A stretch of DNA of 64,000 nucleotides. Origin: a virus. The stretch is from positions 1 through 64,000 of the IMG/VR virus record IMGVR_UViG_3300017792_000017; one strand, written 5' to 3'. Shown here in pieces: positions 26,532 to 37,639 of this stretch (position 1 is the stretch's first letter; each line of letters opens with the position of its first letter). Below the pieces are notes generated by a model, which worked only from the letters and a program-made list of their open reading frames with translations, had not been told where the DNA came from and searched no databases. The position numbers and the translations under genes are program-made.

Positions 26532-27389
26532 ATGAAAACAGTAATTCTTTACCATGCTTCATGCATGGACGGTACAGGCGCACGTTACGCAGCTTGGAAG
26601 AAGTTTGGTGACAATGCTGAATACCATGCTTGTCAGTATGGTCAAAATCTACCCGATTTTCCTCAGACGAGTGACACTGAGGTATTCATGTTAGACTTCA
26701 GTATGCCCAGGACAGCTTTAGAGGCACTCAGGAGCCGTTGCAAGAGGGTAGTGGTCATCGACCATCACGCCACTGCTCAGGAGGCCCTCCTAGGCCTTTC
26801 TGACGTGGTCTTCGATTTTACCAAGTCTGGGGCAGTGCTCGCATGGGAATATTTCCACCCCAACGACCCTGTTCCGATGCTGCTTCAATACGTTCAGGAC
26901 CGTGACCTGTGGAAGTTCAAATTTCCTCTAAGTGCAGCAGTGCATTCAGGGCTTGGACTACTCAAAGGCCGTATGGATGCATGGAATAACTATGCTGAGC
27001 AGGAAGAAGAACTGCCAAAGCTTATCGACATTGGTAACACTTTGCTCCAACAACAGAAACAAATCGTTGAAGCAGCAGTGCCAAAAACAGTCAGGGTAGT
27101 GAATTTTGATAAGTATCAAGCAGGGATTCTAAACACAGGTGAGTTCATCTCTGAGAAGGGTGCAGCAATCTGTGAAGACAAAACGCTTAACGTTGATCTT
27201 GCGATTATGTGGTTCATTACCAAAGACAATGATGTAGTGTTGTCAATGCGTTCACATAAAGATAGTGGCGTTAACGTAGCTGATCTATGTAAAGCACTAG
27301 GCGGTGGCGGACATCCCAACGCTGCTGGTTGTAGAGTTGGTTTCAAGATTCTTGAACATATCCTTAACGACGAATGGTGGAGTGAATAA
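26532..27389 (+). CDS. DHH/DHHA1 phosphoesterase (NrnB-like)
   Basis: YHASCMDG, LDFS, IDHH, KSGA, QDRDLW, GGGGHPNAAG. Confidence 0.88.
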   Translation: MKTVILYHASCMDGTGARYAAWKKFGDNAEYHACQYGQNLPDFPQTSDTEVFMLDFSMPRTALEALRSRCKRVVVIDHHATAQEALLGLSDVVFDFTKSGAVLAWEYFHPNDPVPMLLQYVQDRDLWKFKFPLSAAVHSGLGLLKGRMDAWNNYAEQEEELPKLIDIGNTLLQQQKQIVEAAVPKTVRVVNFDKYQAGILNTGEFISEKGAAICEDKTLNVDLAIMWFITKDNDVVLSMRSHKDSGVNVADLCKALGGGGHPNAAGCRVGFKILEHILNDEWWSE

Positions 27390-27894
27390 TGTATAGCAAA
27401 ATTCAACAAATGATCGCTGGTAATATCAACTTCCTTACCACACAGATTCAGCCTTATCTAGATAAGTATCAATGTAAAAACGCATTTGATCTCTACACCC
27501 AGCATTTCGAAGACATGGAAGAGAAGGTCAAGGTGATGGGTTACGTGCATCGCCGTGACGCGTATGTTACGATTGGTAATCAAATTGCTAGTGAACAGAC
27601 CAGCATTCAAGACGAAATCACTGATTCGTTTATGAAGACTATTCCTAGTAGTCGTAAGCAAGAGATCATTGGTAACGCTTTCAGCCGTGAAGTTGAGAAG
27701 CTTCTCATGGACTCGAATCCTGAGATGTTGAATTATGCTCATGAGGGATATCTCAAAGACGCTACGATACTTCTGAAAAATGAAAATTATAGCGATGCCC
27801 TTCCTCTGATCGCAGCGATTTGGTATGATACTGAAATTGAAAAACTTAACGAACCGGAGGAAACTCCGAGTGAACCAAACGAACCACAACTAGC

Positions 27895-28467
27895 ATGACA
27901 GAATTAAGTAAAACAACCGCAGTAGAATGGGCACGTGCTCTGTATTCAAATCCGGAAGATGTGGAGCACGTTGTAAAGCTTTCAGAATCACAAGAAGCAC
28001 AAGTACGAAAAGATATGGAAGCAATGGAGAGACGTCTCAGTAAGATTGGCGTTGAGACTAATCCTATTGAGACTAATCCTATTGAGGATAAAATCAAGGC
28101 TGCTCCACTTCCTTCTTTTCCAGCAGAAAAAGGTCCAGACTTAGCAAGACAAGCGTTTATTAAAGAGCTGAATAGAGAATCTAAGCCTGACAAGCAAAGC
28201 GCACACAGTTTTCTAGACGAAGCTTCAAACACAATGAAGCAACGAGCAGCATTGCGTGATGCAGAAGGTGGGGAACGCACAGCGGCCAAGATTGCAGAAG
28301 TGTTTAATGCAATTACCGGTCACAACATTAACGAGGCTGATGCTTGGATGTTCCTTGTTGTGTTGAAGATTGTACGTAGTCGTAATGGTAAGTATAACCG
28401 TGATGATTATGTTGATCTCGCAGCATATGCAGGCCTGCTCGGTGAATGTGAAAGTCAGAATCGATGA
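27895..28467 (+). CDS. DUF6378-like protein
   Basis: C-terminal KIAEVFN...MFLVVLKIVR...DDYVDLAAYAGL; internal 15-bp tandem repeat (ETNPI x2). Confidence 0.6.
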   Translation: MTELSKTTAVEWARALYSNPEDVEHVVKLSESQEAQVRKDMEAMERRLSKIGVETNPIETNPIEDKIKAAPLPSFPAEKGPDLARQAFIKELNRESKPDKQSAHSFLDEASNTMKQRAALRDAEGGERTAAKIAEVFNAITGHNINEADAWMFLVVLKIVRSRNGKYNRDDYVDLAAYAGLLGECESQNR

Positions 28468-29585
28468 TTAGCGACAAAGACATAAAAGAGTTTATAAATA
28501 CTCACAGAAACAATCTTACAATGCGTCGTGAACGGTCTTGGTATGAAGATTCATGGACTGAGACTGTTGTTAATGATGACGCTGTTTTTAATTTGATTAA
28601 AGAAGTTCTTAAAGCTTCAGAGCAATGACGAAAAGAAAAATTTCTGAAAACGTAGAAGATTTCAGTAAGTACGATTTTATTGGCAAGACTAGTGAAGCAG
28701 TTAAATTCTTTCAGAGTCTAGAAGCGAAGTATGGCCCTGAGTCTACTATTGAATGGACCACTGACTACAATGAGGAAGTATATTTCTACGTAGACGTACA
28801 TCGTGACGAAACCGATGACGAGTATAAGAGTAGGCTTGAACAAGAAGCTTTTTATGCTAAGAATCGAGAAGAAATAGAACGTAAGCAGTATGAAGATCTT
28901 AAAAAGAAGTTCGGATAAGATTGAGGGCGAAAGCCCTCTTTCCAATTATGAAGAATGGTCTCTTATCCATGTAGACATGACGGAAGTGAGAAAACAAATG
29001 GTAGAACTATCAGAAGAAGAAAGAAAGCAGCGTCGCATAAGCATTGATGCTAATGGTAATAAAACAAAGTCTTTGAAAGAGTTAGTAGAAGACTTCAATA
29101 AGCTCAGCCCTAACCAAGCCGTAACAGGGATCATCCAAACACCGGTGTATCCTACAATCGGTCCAAAGACTCCATCGCCTCTAGATCAACTAACAATTAA
29201 CATGGCTCCAACAGTTGCTCCATTATCAGCTCAACAACGCCTAATCGAGCTAAAGAAAAAGATTACAGAGTATAAATACTTGCTTAGCATCGTAACTGAC
29301 GCTACTGTAAAGAATTTCGTTACTCAACTCTTCCTGAACATAGAAAGAGAACTTATCGAAATTCAGGCTGAACTCAACAAAAATCCGGTTGTACAGCCTG
29401 CACCTGTAGTTCCTATAACGCAGCCTTATATTCCATATCAACCAGCTCCAACAGTTGGCTTGCCTGGTCAACCCTATCGTGCCGGTGACTTTCCAGGAAT
29501 GCCACAAGAAACAACAACGTTCGGTGATAACATCACTGGCGTTAGAACTACGTTTCTCAGCAATTCAGAAGACGGTAAATAATCA

Positions 29586-30353
29586 ATGACAAGCATCGCT
29601 CAAAACTTTCTCTCCATCCAAGAAACTCTCAATCAGAAACTCAGCCTTGAGTGGAAAGAAAAGGGTTGGCCCTATCCGGACGCAATGTTCACTGAGGCTA
29701 CCGAAGCATATAACCATTTGAACTGGGAATGGTGGCGTGCTATTGACCGTAAGATCGACTGGGATCAAGTCAAGCTTGAAATCGTTGATGTAGGTCACTT
29801 CTTGTTTAGTGAAGTAATGGCGGAAGGTTATGAAAATATCTTTGAGAAACATGTCAAGATCCATTCTGATTATAAAAACTTCAGTGGTGAAATTGATGTA
29901 GCGTATCTTAAGCGTCGTATCAAGTGTCTCATCTCAGATATTCTCGATTACGATAACGAGAAGAATACTAATCGAGGAGATGAAGACTATGATGTTCATG
30001 CTGTAAAAGGGACGTTCTTCAGTCAACTTTTATACTCCTTCTTCGACGTAGTTTCTGCATTGAAGTTGACTATCTCAGACTTTTACGCTCTATTCGTAGG
30101 CAAGGTTTGTCTGAATCAACTTCGTTGGAAAAACGGGTATAAGAAAGGTATCTACAGTCCAGATGCTTACTCAAATAGAGAGTATTACATTAAGACTTGG
30201 AATGGTGTAGAAGATAACGTGTGGCTTTCAGAGACTGCTGCAAAGCTTAATCCTGCAAGCGACACTTTTAAAGCAGAGCTTGAGAGTCTCTTAGATGAGA
30301 AGTACAAGCAAGTCTATGACGCAGTTTGGGATCCAGTACTAAAAGGCAAGTAA
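29586..30353 (+). CDS. Dimeric (all-alpha) dUTPase
   Basis: EATEAYNHLNWEWW, LEIVDVGHF, LNQLRWKNGYKKG, KTWNGVEDN. Confidence 0.85.
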   Translation: MTSIAQNFLSIQETLNQKLSLEWKEKGWPYPDAMFTEATEAYNHLNWEWWRAIDRKIDWDQVKLEIVDVGHFLFSEVMAEGYENIFEKHVKIHSDYKNFSGEIDVAYLKRRIKCLISDILDYDNEKNTNRGDEDYDVHAVKGTFFSQLLYSFFDVVSALKLTISDFYALFVGKVCLNQLRWKNGYKKGIYSPDAYSNREYYIKTWNGVEDNVWLSETAAKLNPASDTFKAELESLLDEKYKQVYDAVWDPVLKGK

Positions 30354-30931
30354 ATGCACGACGATTGGCATCAACGATATTATGAAGATAAGGAGGAAGA
30401 GAAAGAACTCTTTCCTCTGCACCTTAAACGTGTCAAGGTCATGATTGAACTAGAAGTCATGGCGGATGTATCAAAACATAACACTCATCAAATCGTTTTA
30501 TGCCATCCGAACATGGACGGACAGTTGACGTTTGATGTAGATAATCTTGAACAGGCTGAAGATGCGTTAGACGAATACGAGATGGATTGTATTAGTGATG
30601 AAGAACCTGAGATTGAGCCAGAACCAGAGCCGGTTAGAGAAGACCCGCCTAAGCTTGTCCAGAATACATATCAGAACTTTTACAAGCCATTCCCTGTACC
30701 AGAAGAAAACAAGCCAAAGCCTGTATTGAAGTTCGAACCTGACGGGCCTATTACTCAGAGTAAGCCCCAAGAGGTAGACGTCAGAGTCACGGTCGAGCCT
30801 AAGAAGAACATCTCTATTGAAGATCATCCAGTCGTATCCATCATGAATGATGTAGCTGAGTTGACAGATATCTGGCACAAGCTAGTGCCGAAGTTCAAAG
30901 CGATGAGAAAAAAGACAGGTAAGTAACAAAG

Positions 30932-30962
30932 AAAAAGCCACGTTTCTAGCGTGGCTTTTTTT
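30932..30962. terminator. Bidirectional terminator at the early/late convergence
   Basis: AAAAAGCCACG-TTTCTAG-CGTGGCTTTTTTT. Confidence 0.85.
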
Positions 30963-30965
30963 AGC

Positions 30966-32501
30966 TTAATAAAGTCTGTACCAATTAGCAGAAGAATTTC
31001 TCCACTTCCAAGCATGGCCTTCTCCAGCTGCAAGGGTAGTCGGAGCATTGTTCATAGTCTGCCCTGCGTTAGCACTTAAAGTAAACGTAGTAATAATACT
31101 CTTAGTTGAAATGCTTACAACTTGGCCATCCTTTGGATTAGGTGGCATAGTCACTGTAAAAGAAGTCGTTGTACCGCCATTAGTAAGAAGAAGAGTTGAC
31201 TGAGTATTAGCTATTGTTAAGGAGCCTCCGTTAGAAGGGACTAGTGCTAAATAAGCAGTGTTTGAGTCAGGACTAGCTCCGCTATAGCCAATCACATTTA
31301 CATTTCCTGAAACTCCGCCGCTATTATCTATCCATTCTCCTGTAACATTATCCTTAAGCGATCCGCCAATCCAGTTACAATCACTTGCCCCCGCATCTAC
31401 TTCGAAGCCGTATTTTTGCTTTTGAGTAACGCCAGTATTTATACCGGTTTCACATCCCGTTGCGTTGAACTTTACTGCGGTAGGACCACAATACACTCCA
31501 GAGAAACTTCCTATACCTGATTGAGAATTTCCGCCGACTAGCACACCCACGACTTTAACTCGTGAACCGTTGTTATTAATTCCACATTTGAAGTTTCCAG
31601 TACTTCGCCCACCCTTAAAACTAACTAAGTCAACTCCACTAGCGATGTAAATACCGTCTGCAGAAATTGATCCATGAGCGTACATATCGGTGAAATGAAT
31701 ATCTGAGCCCGATTCTAGTCTAATCTGTTCACCGACATTTGACAAATCTCCTTCAAAGTCATAGTATCTAGCGAAATTACCTACAGTAGTTCCTGCAGTG
31801 TTTGTATGTAAGATGCCACGATTTACTCGCAGGCACACTAGTCCAAAAGCTTGAATAGTATTGAAGAACCCGTCTACTACAAAACCGTCTGGATTTGCCG
31901 TACCATCTCCTATGAGAGATAGGCCATTGATACGTATCAGGTCTGATCTCTGAGTAGTACCATCGCCGTAAAACATTTTTGTGCCACGATATCCTTCGAA
32001 TGAACATTGTTCAAATGCGAGAGTATTAGCACGTACTATATGAATTCCATTGAATCCATTTACGCCACGAACATTTCTAAACACTACTCTCGTAGCCCAA
32101 TTTACAGACAACGTGTATCCCCCTGTCATATTTGAGGCATCAATACGTATATTCTCAAGACCACCTCCTGTTGCTCCAAGTGTGGAGACCGACACGCAGT
32201 CAAAACTACCTGCGAACTTAAGAGTAGTATTAAATCCCTGACCTAAAATTCTTTGTCCAGAAGTTGCCAAGGTTATTCCTGCATTTAGCAAGTACGTCCT
32301 TGGTCCACAGAGTATGGTTTTGCCAGTTGCTAATGCCGCAATGAATGCAGCGCTATCGTCAGTAGTGCCATTGCCCGTTGCTCCGAAATCCTCTGGAGAT
32401 GTCATTTCAGCGAGCTTGTCATGCAACGATCTGTCTACTCCACCAGCGCCAAGCAGGGAGCCTAGAAATCTAATTAGTTTTGAACCGGGAAAAGTAGCCA
32501 T
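30966..32501 (-). CDS. Tailspike / pectate-lyase-like beta-helix protein
   Basis: RSLHDKLAEMTSPEDFGATGNGTTDDSAAF; beta-helix-like repeats. Confidence 0.8.
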   Translation of the reverse strand: MATFPGSKLIRFLGSLLGAGGVDRSLHDKLAEMTSPEDFGATGNGTTDDSAAFIAALATGKTILCGPRTYLLNAGITLATSGQRILGQGFNTTLKFAGSFDCVSVSTLGATGGGLENIRIDASNMTGGYTLSVNWATRVVFRNVRGVNGFNGIHIVRANTLAFEQCSFEGYRGTKMFYGDGTTQRSDLIRINGLSLIGDGTANPDGFVVDGFFNTIQAFGLVCLRVNRGILHTNTAGTTVGNFARYYDFEGDLSNVGEQIRLESGSDIHFTDMYAHGSISADGIYIASGVDLVSFKGGRSTGNFKCGINNNGSRVKVVGVLVGGNSQSGIGSFSGVYCGPTAVKFNATGCETGINTGVTQKQKYGFEVDAGASDCNWIGGSLKDNVTGEWIDNSGGVSGNVNVIGYSGASPDSNTAYLALVPSNGGSLTIANTQSTLLLTNGGTTTSFTVTMPPNPKDGQVVSISTKSIITTFTLSANAGQTMNNAPTTLAAGEGHAWKWRNSSANWYRLY

Positions 32502-32565
32502 GTTTTTGTAAGGTTAGAGACTTCTATTTTAGGCAATAAAAAAGCCAGGATAAACCTGGCTCTGT

Positions 32566-33243
32566 TTAGAGGCTTCCTGCTGCTGTCTGTATCCAGGCTG
32601 TTCCAGTGTATATGAAATCAGCCCAAGTCCCTGCTGTGTTGAGTAGTTTAAGCCCTGCACCTACTGTGACAGTAAATGCTCCAGTCGCTGCTGCAGTTCT
32701 TGTTACTCTCACCGTGAAGCCTTGCGTACCACCAGTTGGTAGAGAGACAGTTCTATTTGCTGTAAGCGGTGCTGTGTACGTTACTACGATATCACGTGCG
32801 ATACCTAGTGTAATATTTGCATCGCCTACGGACACAACGGCTGTGCTTGAAAATGTATTAGTAGAGCTTGCATTAGACCACTTAACTTCGATTGATGTTA
32901 CGCCAAGAGGAATAACTGAACCAAAGGTGATCAGTGTACCGCTTACAGTAAATGTATTAACGTTTTGATACACGCCATCGAAGAACACCCACACTGACGA
33001 AGCATTAGGAGGAGCTGAAATAAGAGTGACATCATTGTCAGTGCCAGCTACGAAATCAACGCCAGCAGCGAAGTCTTGAGACGATACACCGCCTGAAGTA
33101 ATAGCTGCAGCAAGAATGTCAATAGCAGCTTGAAGCAGTGTGTCATTTGAGGCCAGATCCTGTAGTGGACGATTATCTGCTGTGTAGTGGTAGACATCGT
33201 CCTGGGTGTAGAATCTAACAGGGTTAAAGGTTACTAAGCTCAT
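32566..33243 (-). CDS. Virion/tail protein
   Basis: NRPLQDLASND; VWVFFDGVYQ beta-rich domain. Confidence 0.6.
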   Translation of the reverse strand: MSLVTFNPVRFYTQDDVYHYTADNRPLQDLASNDTLLQAAIDILAAAITSGGVSSQDFAAGVDFVAGTDNDVTLISAPPNASSVWVFFDGVYQNVNTFTVSGTLITFGSVIPLGVTSIEVKWSNASSTNTFSSTAVVSVGDANITLGIARDIVVTYTAPLTANRTVSLPTGGTQGFTVRVTRTAAATGAFTVTVGAGLKLLNTAGTWADFIYTGTAWIQTAAGSL

Positions 33244-33782
33244 AATTCTTCTAAAGTTGTGTTTCTATTTTATAGTACTGGTTTGATCGTGAAGCAAACT
33301 GGGATTCTAGGTAGAGGGCCCCAATTGCCATCTCTGTAAGTGCCAGTATCAGCATTGTACAGATTAAACGCTTTCCAGCCTAGCTTAACTTGAAGATGCT
33401 TACCGCCGTATTCATAGTTGAATTGACCGTTAGGGCCTTTAGCGAAAAAACGCGTAGTCCCGTCTTGAGTCTTTACAAACGTTGCAGTCCACTGAGTCTT
33501 ATCCCAGGCTACGCCAAGAGGCTCATAGTCAAATGTGTAACCTGGATTACGACGTAGCCATTTCGTAGCTACTTCCTCATCAGTACCCGTAAATCCATAC
33601 TGAGGCTGACGACCTTCAAATAACGTTGCATCAAAGGTTTGAAACCATGAGAGCCATTTAGGAAGATTGCCTTCAGCATCTACGAACTTAGCGATAAGCG
33701 GTGCAAAGATCATCGTAACAACTACAAACAGAAGCGATGCAATTGCGTAGAACGGGTACAGAATGAGAAACATGTTTGTCCT

Positions 33783-35066
33783 TTAGACGAAGAGTGTTGG
33801 ATCGATGGCGTTCGAAAGCTGAATAAGGCTATATCCGTATGGAGTTTCGTGTGTACCGTCGCCAGTAACAGGGCTATAGATACCTGTTGATCCAGTAGGG
33901 GCTTTCCACAACCCACTATCACGAGCTGATTCTACAGCATCTGCTACTTCAAAGTAAGCCCAGAGTGGACTTGGTTTAGTACGAATCCAGTTATTTAGAA
34001 TAACACGTTGTGGATTAGTACCTGCTGTAGTCTGGTTAGCTAGGGTAAGCCAAGTATCTGTACTGGCAGTTACAGGAGGAATCGTTGACTGAGAAATCTT
34101 CTTAGTCGGAAACAATGCGTACCCAGCCTGAAGCGCTGCTTGAATAACTGCGGCTGTACGGCCTGCTGTAAGATCGTTAACACCATATTCGAAATGAACG
34201 TGGGTGTGGTATTGAGCCAAATTACTACGGAATGTAGGAAATGCATTGAACTGTTGAATCGTATCTGTTTCACAGCCACAGTTAGTATACGGCAATAAGT
34301 GGCCAATAGAGCGGAACACTTCCCCCATACCGAAATAGCCAAAGTCTGCAGCTGTAGTCAGAGTACTTTGAGCATCTGAACGACCAGACATACGGCTATC
34401 CCCATATCCGATTACGCTAGGCACTGAAGACTTACCAAGGACGGCCAGAGGATACATAGTCCATGCACCGCCCGCTGTGCCACCACTTGCAGTCATACCA
34501 GTTAGGAATGAACGAGGATCAACAGTAAGTGCAGCTAATTGCGCAGCGCTGTATTGAGTTGCAACATCAAAGGTAGAAATAGTAACAGCGTTTGCTGAAA
34601 CAGGAATACTCACTGCTGATGGAAATGTCTGCCAACGGTGAACCCAGAATGTAGCACCCTTTGGAATAGCTAGTTTAATAGCGTCGGTTGTTACATTAGA
34701 TCCAGCAGCACATGTTGTTGATTGATTTCCGCCAAATGTTGCTAGTTTGTATACGCCTTGAGGGTACTCAATAGAGATCATCTCAGTTGATGTAGCCGGG
34801 CCAGAAAACTCACCAGTGTTATTAGCGTACCAGTTACCAACTACGATTTGAACGCCATCGGCTGCAAGAATATGGTCGCCCATATTAGTATGCTGTGATT
34901 TTGACTTCATAGCTTGAACAGAAGCTACGGTTTGATAGTTCTGACGGCAACGAGTTGCAATGTTACGAACTGTTTGCCCCGGAGGTGTAGTAGAGCCACC
35001 ACCTGAAGAACTACCAACTCCAGCAAGCTTAAGAAGCTTTTTAAATTCGCCTAGACCTAGACTCAT
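33783..35066 (-). CDS. SGNH/GDSL hydrolase-domain virion protein
   Basis: YGDSR, EYGVND, DGTH blocks; start 35066 overlaps the upstream stop. Confidence 0.75.
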   Translation of the reverse strand: MSLGLGEFKKLLKLAGVGSSSGGGSTTPPGQTVRNIATRCRQNYQTVASVQAMKSKSQHTNMGDHILAADGVQIVVGNWYANNTGEFSGPATSTEMISIEYPQGVYKLATFGGNQSTTCAAGSNVTTDAIKLAIPKGATFWVHRWQTFPSAVSIPVSANAVTISTFDVATQYSAAQLAALTVDPRSFLTGMTASGGTAGGAWTMYPLAVLGKSSVPSVIGYGDSRMSGRSDAQSTLTTAADFGYFGMGEVFRSIGHLLPYTNCGCETDTIQQFNAFPTFRSNLAQYHTHVHFEYGVNDLTAGRTAAVIQAALQAGYALFPTKKISQSTIPPVTASTDTWLTLANQTTAGTNPQRVILNNWIRTKPSPLWAYFEVADAVESARDSGLWKAPTGSTGIYSPVTGDGTHETPYGYSLIQLSNAIDPTLFV

Positions 35067-35314
35067 TGCTTCACCCAAGCGCTTTCGCCAGTCAAGTTAC
35101 TGCCGGTATAAGTATAGGTCTTGACCCAAGTGTTGACACCGTCTGTAATGGTGTCTGTGATAAGATTGTTTGAGCCGTCGTAGCCGTATGTATGAGCTAG
35201 AGAAGACGGACTGATTAGTTGAGAACCAGTTGAGTCAAATACTAACTCAATGGTTGCGTCGGTAGAAGCTGATGTAAAAGCCATGATGAGGTATCCTGGA
35301 AAGATACCTCTATT

Positions 35315-35635
35315 TTACTCGGAACTAACTATGCCCGAGCCAGTAGTTGCAGTGTAAATTCCAGCGGCATCACCAATAATATGTCCTTGGTCTCCGACAC
35401 GGTGGAAAGCATTGCCGTTAATGTCTTGACTAAGCCCAGAGCCAGTCGTAGCAATTGTTTGGTGTCCGCACGTAGCGTTGCCAATAGCGCCGATTGTGCA
35501 AACGACTAATCCATCAGCAGTAACAGTAGTGCCTGGATTACTAATGAAAGTAGTAGTGTAGGGAGTAGGAGAAGCATGGAGGTGACAGATTCCTTGGCCT
35601 TGATCTCCAATACGGCAGACTGGCTTTTGGGCCAT
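35315..35635 (-). CDS. PAAR-like spike tip protein
   Basis: PVCRIGD..G.C.H, CGH, HRVGD. Confidence 0.75.
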   Translation of the reverse strand: MAQKPVCRIGDQGQGICHLHASPTPYTTTFISNPGTTVTADGLVVCTIGAIGNATCGHQTIATTGSGLSQDINGNAFHRVGDQGHIIGDAAGIYTATTGSGIVSSE

Positions 35636-36005
35636 TACGCCACCGTATCAGAAAGAATTGTTACAAATCCGTTCATGAAAGGAGTACGTTTGCCCTGAGG
35701 AGAAGTCAAAACAAGGTTATATACAGCGCGGTTCCAAAGAACGTTAGTCGTCTGTTCAGCAGTGAACGTAACTGTGACTAGGCCAGTATCTCCACCAAGA
35801 GTAATACCGCCAAGCGTAGTTGAAAGCTCAAGTACGAACGCACCATTAGCATAGCCATCATAAGTGCCATTCATGTTTTCCTTAAGCTTCATATCTGCTG
35901 TGTAGTCAGTCAGATCGATGGGTAAGCCTGTTGAGAGATCAACATATAAAAAGGACTGAGTAAAATCAGTCCCTTCAGTTATTTCAAAGTGAGTAACGTT
36001 TCTTG

Positions 36006-36284
36006 TCATGGTTTAGTGCAAGCATTAAGCGCTGCTTCTAGTTTAGCCGTATATGCGATCAAGTAGTCGTTCTCAGCAGCGAGTAGGGCCAAGTTGGTAT
36101 AAAGCAAGTCGCCTTTTTTAGCCTGTGTAAACACATATTTAGGCTTAGTGATATTTTGCTTCTCACACTTAATGGTCACAGGAACTTTCACTTCTTTGGT
36201 AACGTACTGGACTTCGGGTTGAGCAGCGCCAAACACGGTACAGCCAGACAAGAGCATGGCTGTGATGAGAATTAACTTTTTCAT
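36006..36284 (-). CDS. o-spanin (outer-membrane lipoprotein)
   Basis: Lipobox LLSGC; follows the i-spanin candidate. Confidence 0.7.
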   Translation of the reverse strand: MKKLILITAMLLSGCTVFGAAQPEVQYVTKEVKVPVTIKCEKQNITKPKYVFTQAKKGDLLYTNLALLAAENDYLIAYTAKLEAALNACTKP

Positions 36285-36292
36285 GATGACTC

Positions 36293-36709
36293 TTACGGTT
36301 GATTAGCTTGACGATTATCGATTAACTGATCCATCAATGCTTTACTATTGGCGTAATCGTCGGTGCCAGTAGGCTTTTGTGCAAGAATCGTTTTGGCGTG
36401 GCTTGTGAATGTCTTAGCCTTGACAGTAGCTTCGCTTACTGCAACGGCAGCGGATGCAGTGGCAGTAGCTTCAGCTTGTGCTAGAGCGTCTGTGTTGGCG
36501 CTACAATCACTGGCTGCAGATTCGAATTGAGCAGCAGTAGCCTGTGAGGAACCAATCTTCTGATTTAGAGAAGCAATGGTTGTGTTGAGCGTCTTGATGT
36601 GGAAATACTCTACGGTGCAGAATAGTGCCAAGACTAGTACTAGTACGCCGATGGTGATACCAAGCCAGTGCGAAAAGAAAGCCTTAATAAGTGCAAATGA
36701 TGTAAACAT
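36293..36709 (-). CDS. i-spanin
   Basis: N-terminal TM plus Ala-rich coiled coil in the lysis cassette. Confidence 0.7.
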   Translation of the reverse strand: MFTSFALIKAFFSHWLGITIGVLVLVLALFCTVEYFHIKTLNTTIASLNQKIGSSQATAAQFESAASDCSANTDALAQAEATATASAAVAVSEATVKAKTFTSHAKTILAQKPTGTDDYANSKALMDQLIDNRQANQP

Positions 36710-36761
36710 ATGTTTGTCCCTTGATTAAGAGAAGTCTATTCCACACTGACCCGGCTGTCAA

Positions 36762-37025
36762 TTACTTCTTAGTGATATCAGTGTCGGTAAGTGCCTTGGC
36801 AGCAACACCAGCACCGATAGCTGCAAAGCCTCCACAAAGGGTAGTGAAAGCAAGTGCCATGTTTTGGCCATCGAAATGACCTTGGAAAATACTTGCAGCG
36901 TAGCCAGCAATGAACATTACTACTGTGGGAACGCTGAGGCCCATTGATAGAATACGGACTGGACAGAAGCTTACGCCGTCGTTTTCTGTGATTAGATCTT
37001 TAAGAAATTGTTTGATTGAGAACAT
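36762..37025 (-). CDS. Holin candidate (2 TM)
   Basis: 87 aa with two TM segments, between endolysin and spanins. Confidence 0.55.
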   Translation of the reverse strand: MFSIKQFLKDLITENDGVSFCPVRILSMGLSVPTVVMFIAGYAASIFQGHFDGQNMALAFTTLCGGFAAIGAGVAAKALTDTDITKK

Positions 37026-37028
37026 GGT

Positions 37029-37568
37029 TTAGTTAACTCCTAGGACTTTCTTGGCACGGGCCCAGTAGGCTTGTCTGTCGGCCAGACCATTAGTGCCGCC
37101 ATTAATTCGCTTGGTTACTTTTAAAAAGGCGTCATCAGTATTAGGCTGAGCCAAGTCTGAAAGATTTTTATCCTTCCAGAATTGTCCTGCTGATAGTGCG
37201 GCCCATTCAGGCAAAGCTAAGTCAGTGGGGTGAGACAGAAAATCGTGGTCAAGAGCCATTGTCATTGCAGCGTAATTAGATCTGCCTGTAACCTGGATTA
37301 GACCTCGACCCTTATACAGCACACCGTCACCCTTCTGAGTATTTCCCAGATCCTTACGCCCTTCATAGGCTTGTCCTGAAGCGAGTTCTGTCGTATAGAT
37401 ACATCCACAGCTCTCATGCATGACTTGAGCGATGAACATAGCAACGATTGGCATTTCAGTAATGCCGTATTTAATCAACGTTTCATTGATTGGATCTGTG
37501 AACGTGTCCAGACGAGTTTGATTCATCGTCGGAGCGATTGTTTTGAGTTGTGCTTGTGTAAGTATCAT
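37029..37568 (-). CDS. Glycoside hydrolase family 19 endolysin
   Basis: FIAQVMHES, YKGRGLIQVTGRSNY, VTKRINGGTNGLADR. Confidence 0.92.
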   Translation of the reverse strand: MILTQAQLKTIAPTMNQTRLDTFTDPINETLIKYGITEMPIVAMFIAQVMHESCGCIYTTELASGQAYEGRKDLGNTQKGDGVLYKGRGLIQVTGRSNYAAMTMALDHDFLSHPTDLALPEWAALSAGQFWKDKNLSDLAQPNTDDAFLKVTKRINGGTNGLADRQAYWARAKKVLGVN

Positions 37569-37639
37569 AAAAAAATCACCGCTAGTTGCCTATACGGTGA
37601 TTTTAGATGAAACGTCAATAGGAGAAATGTTACAAAGTG

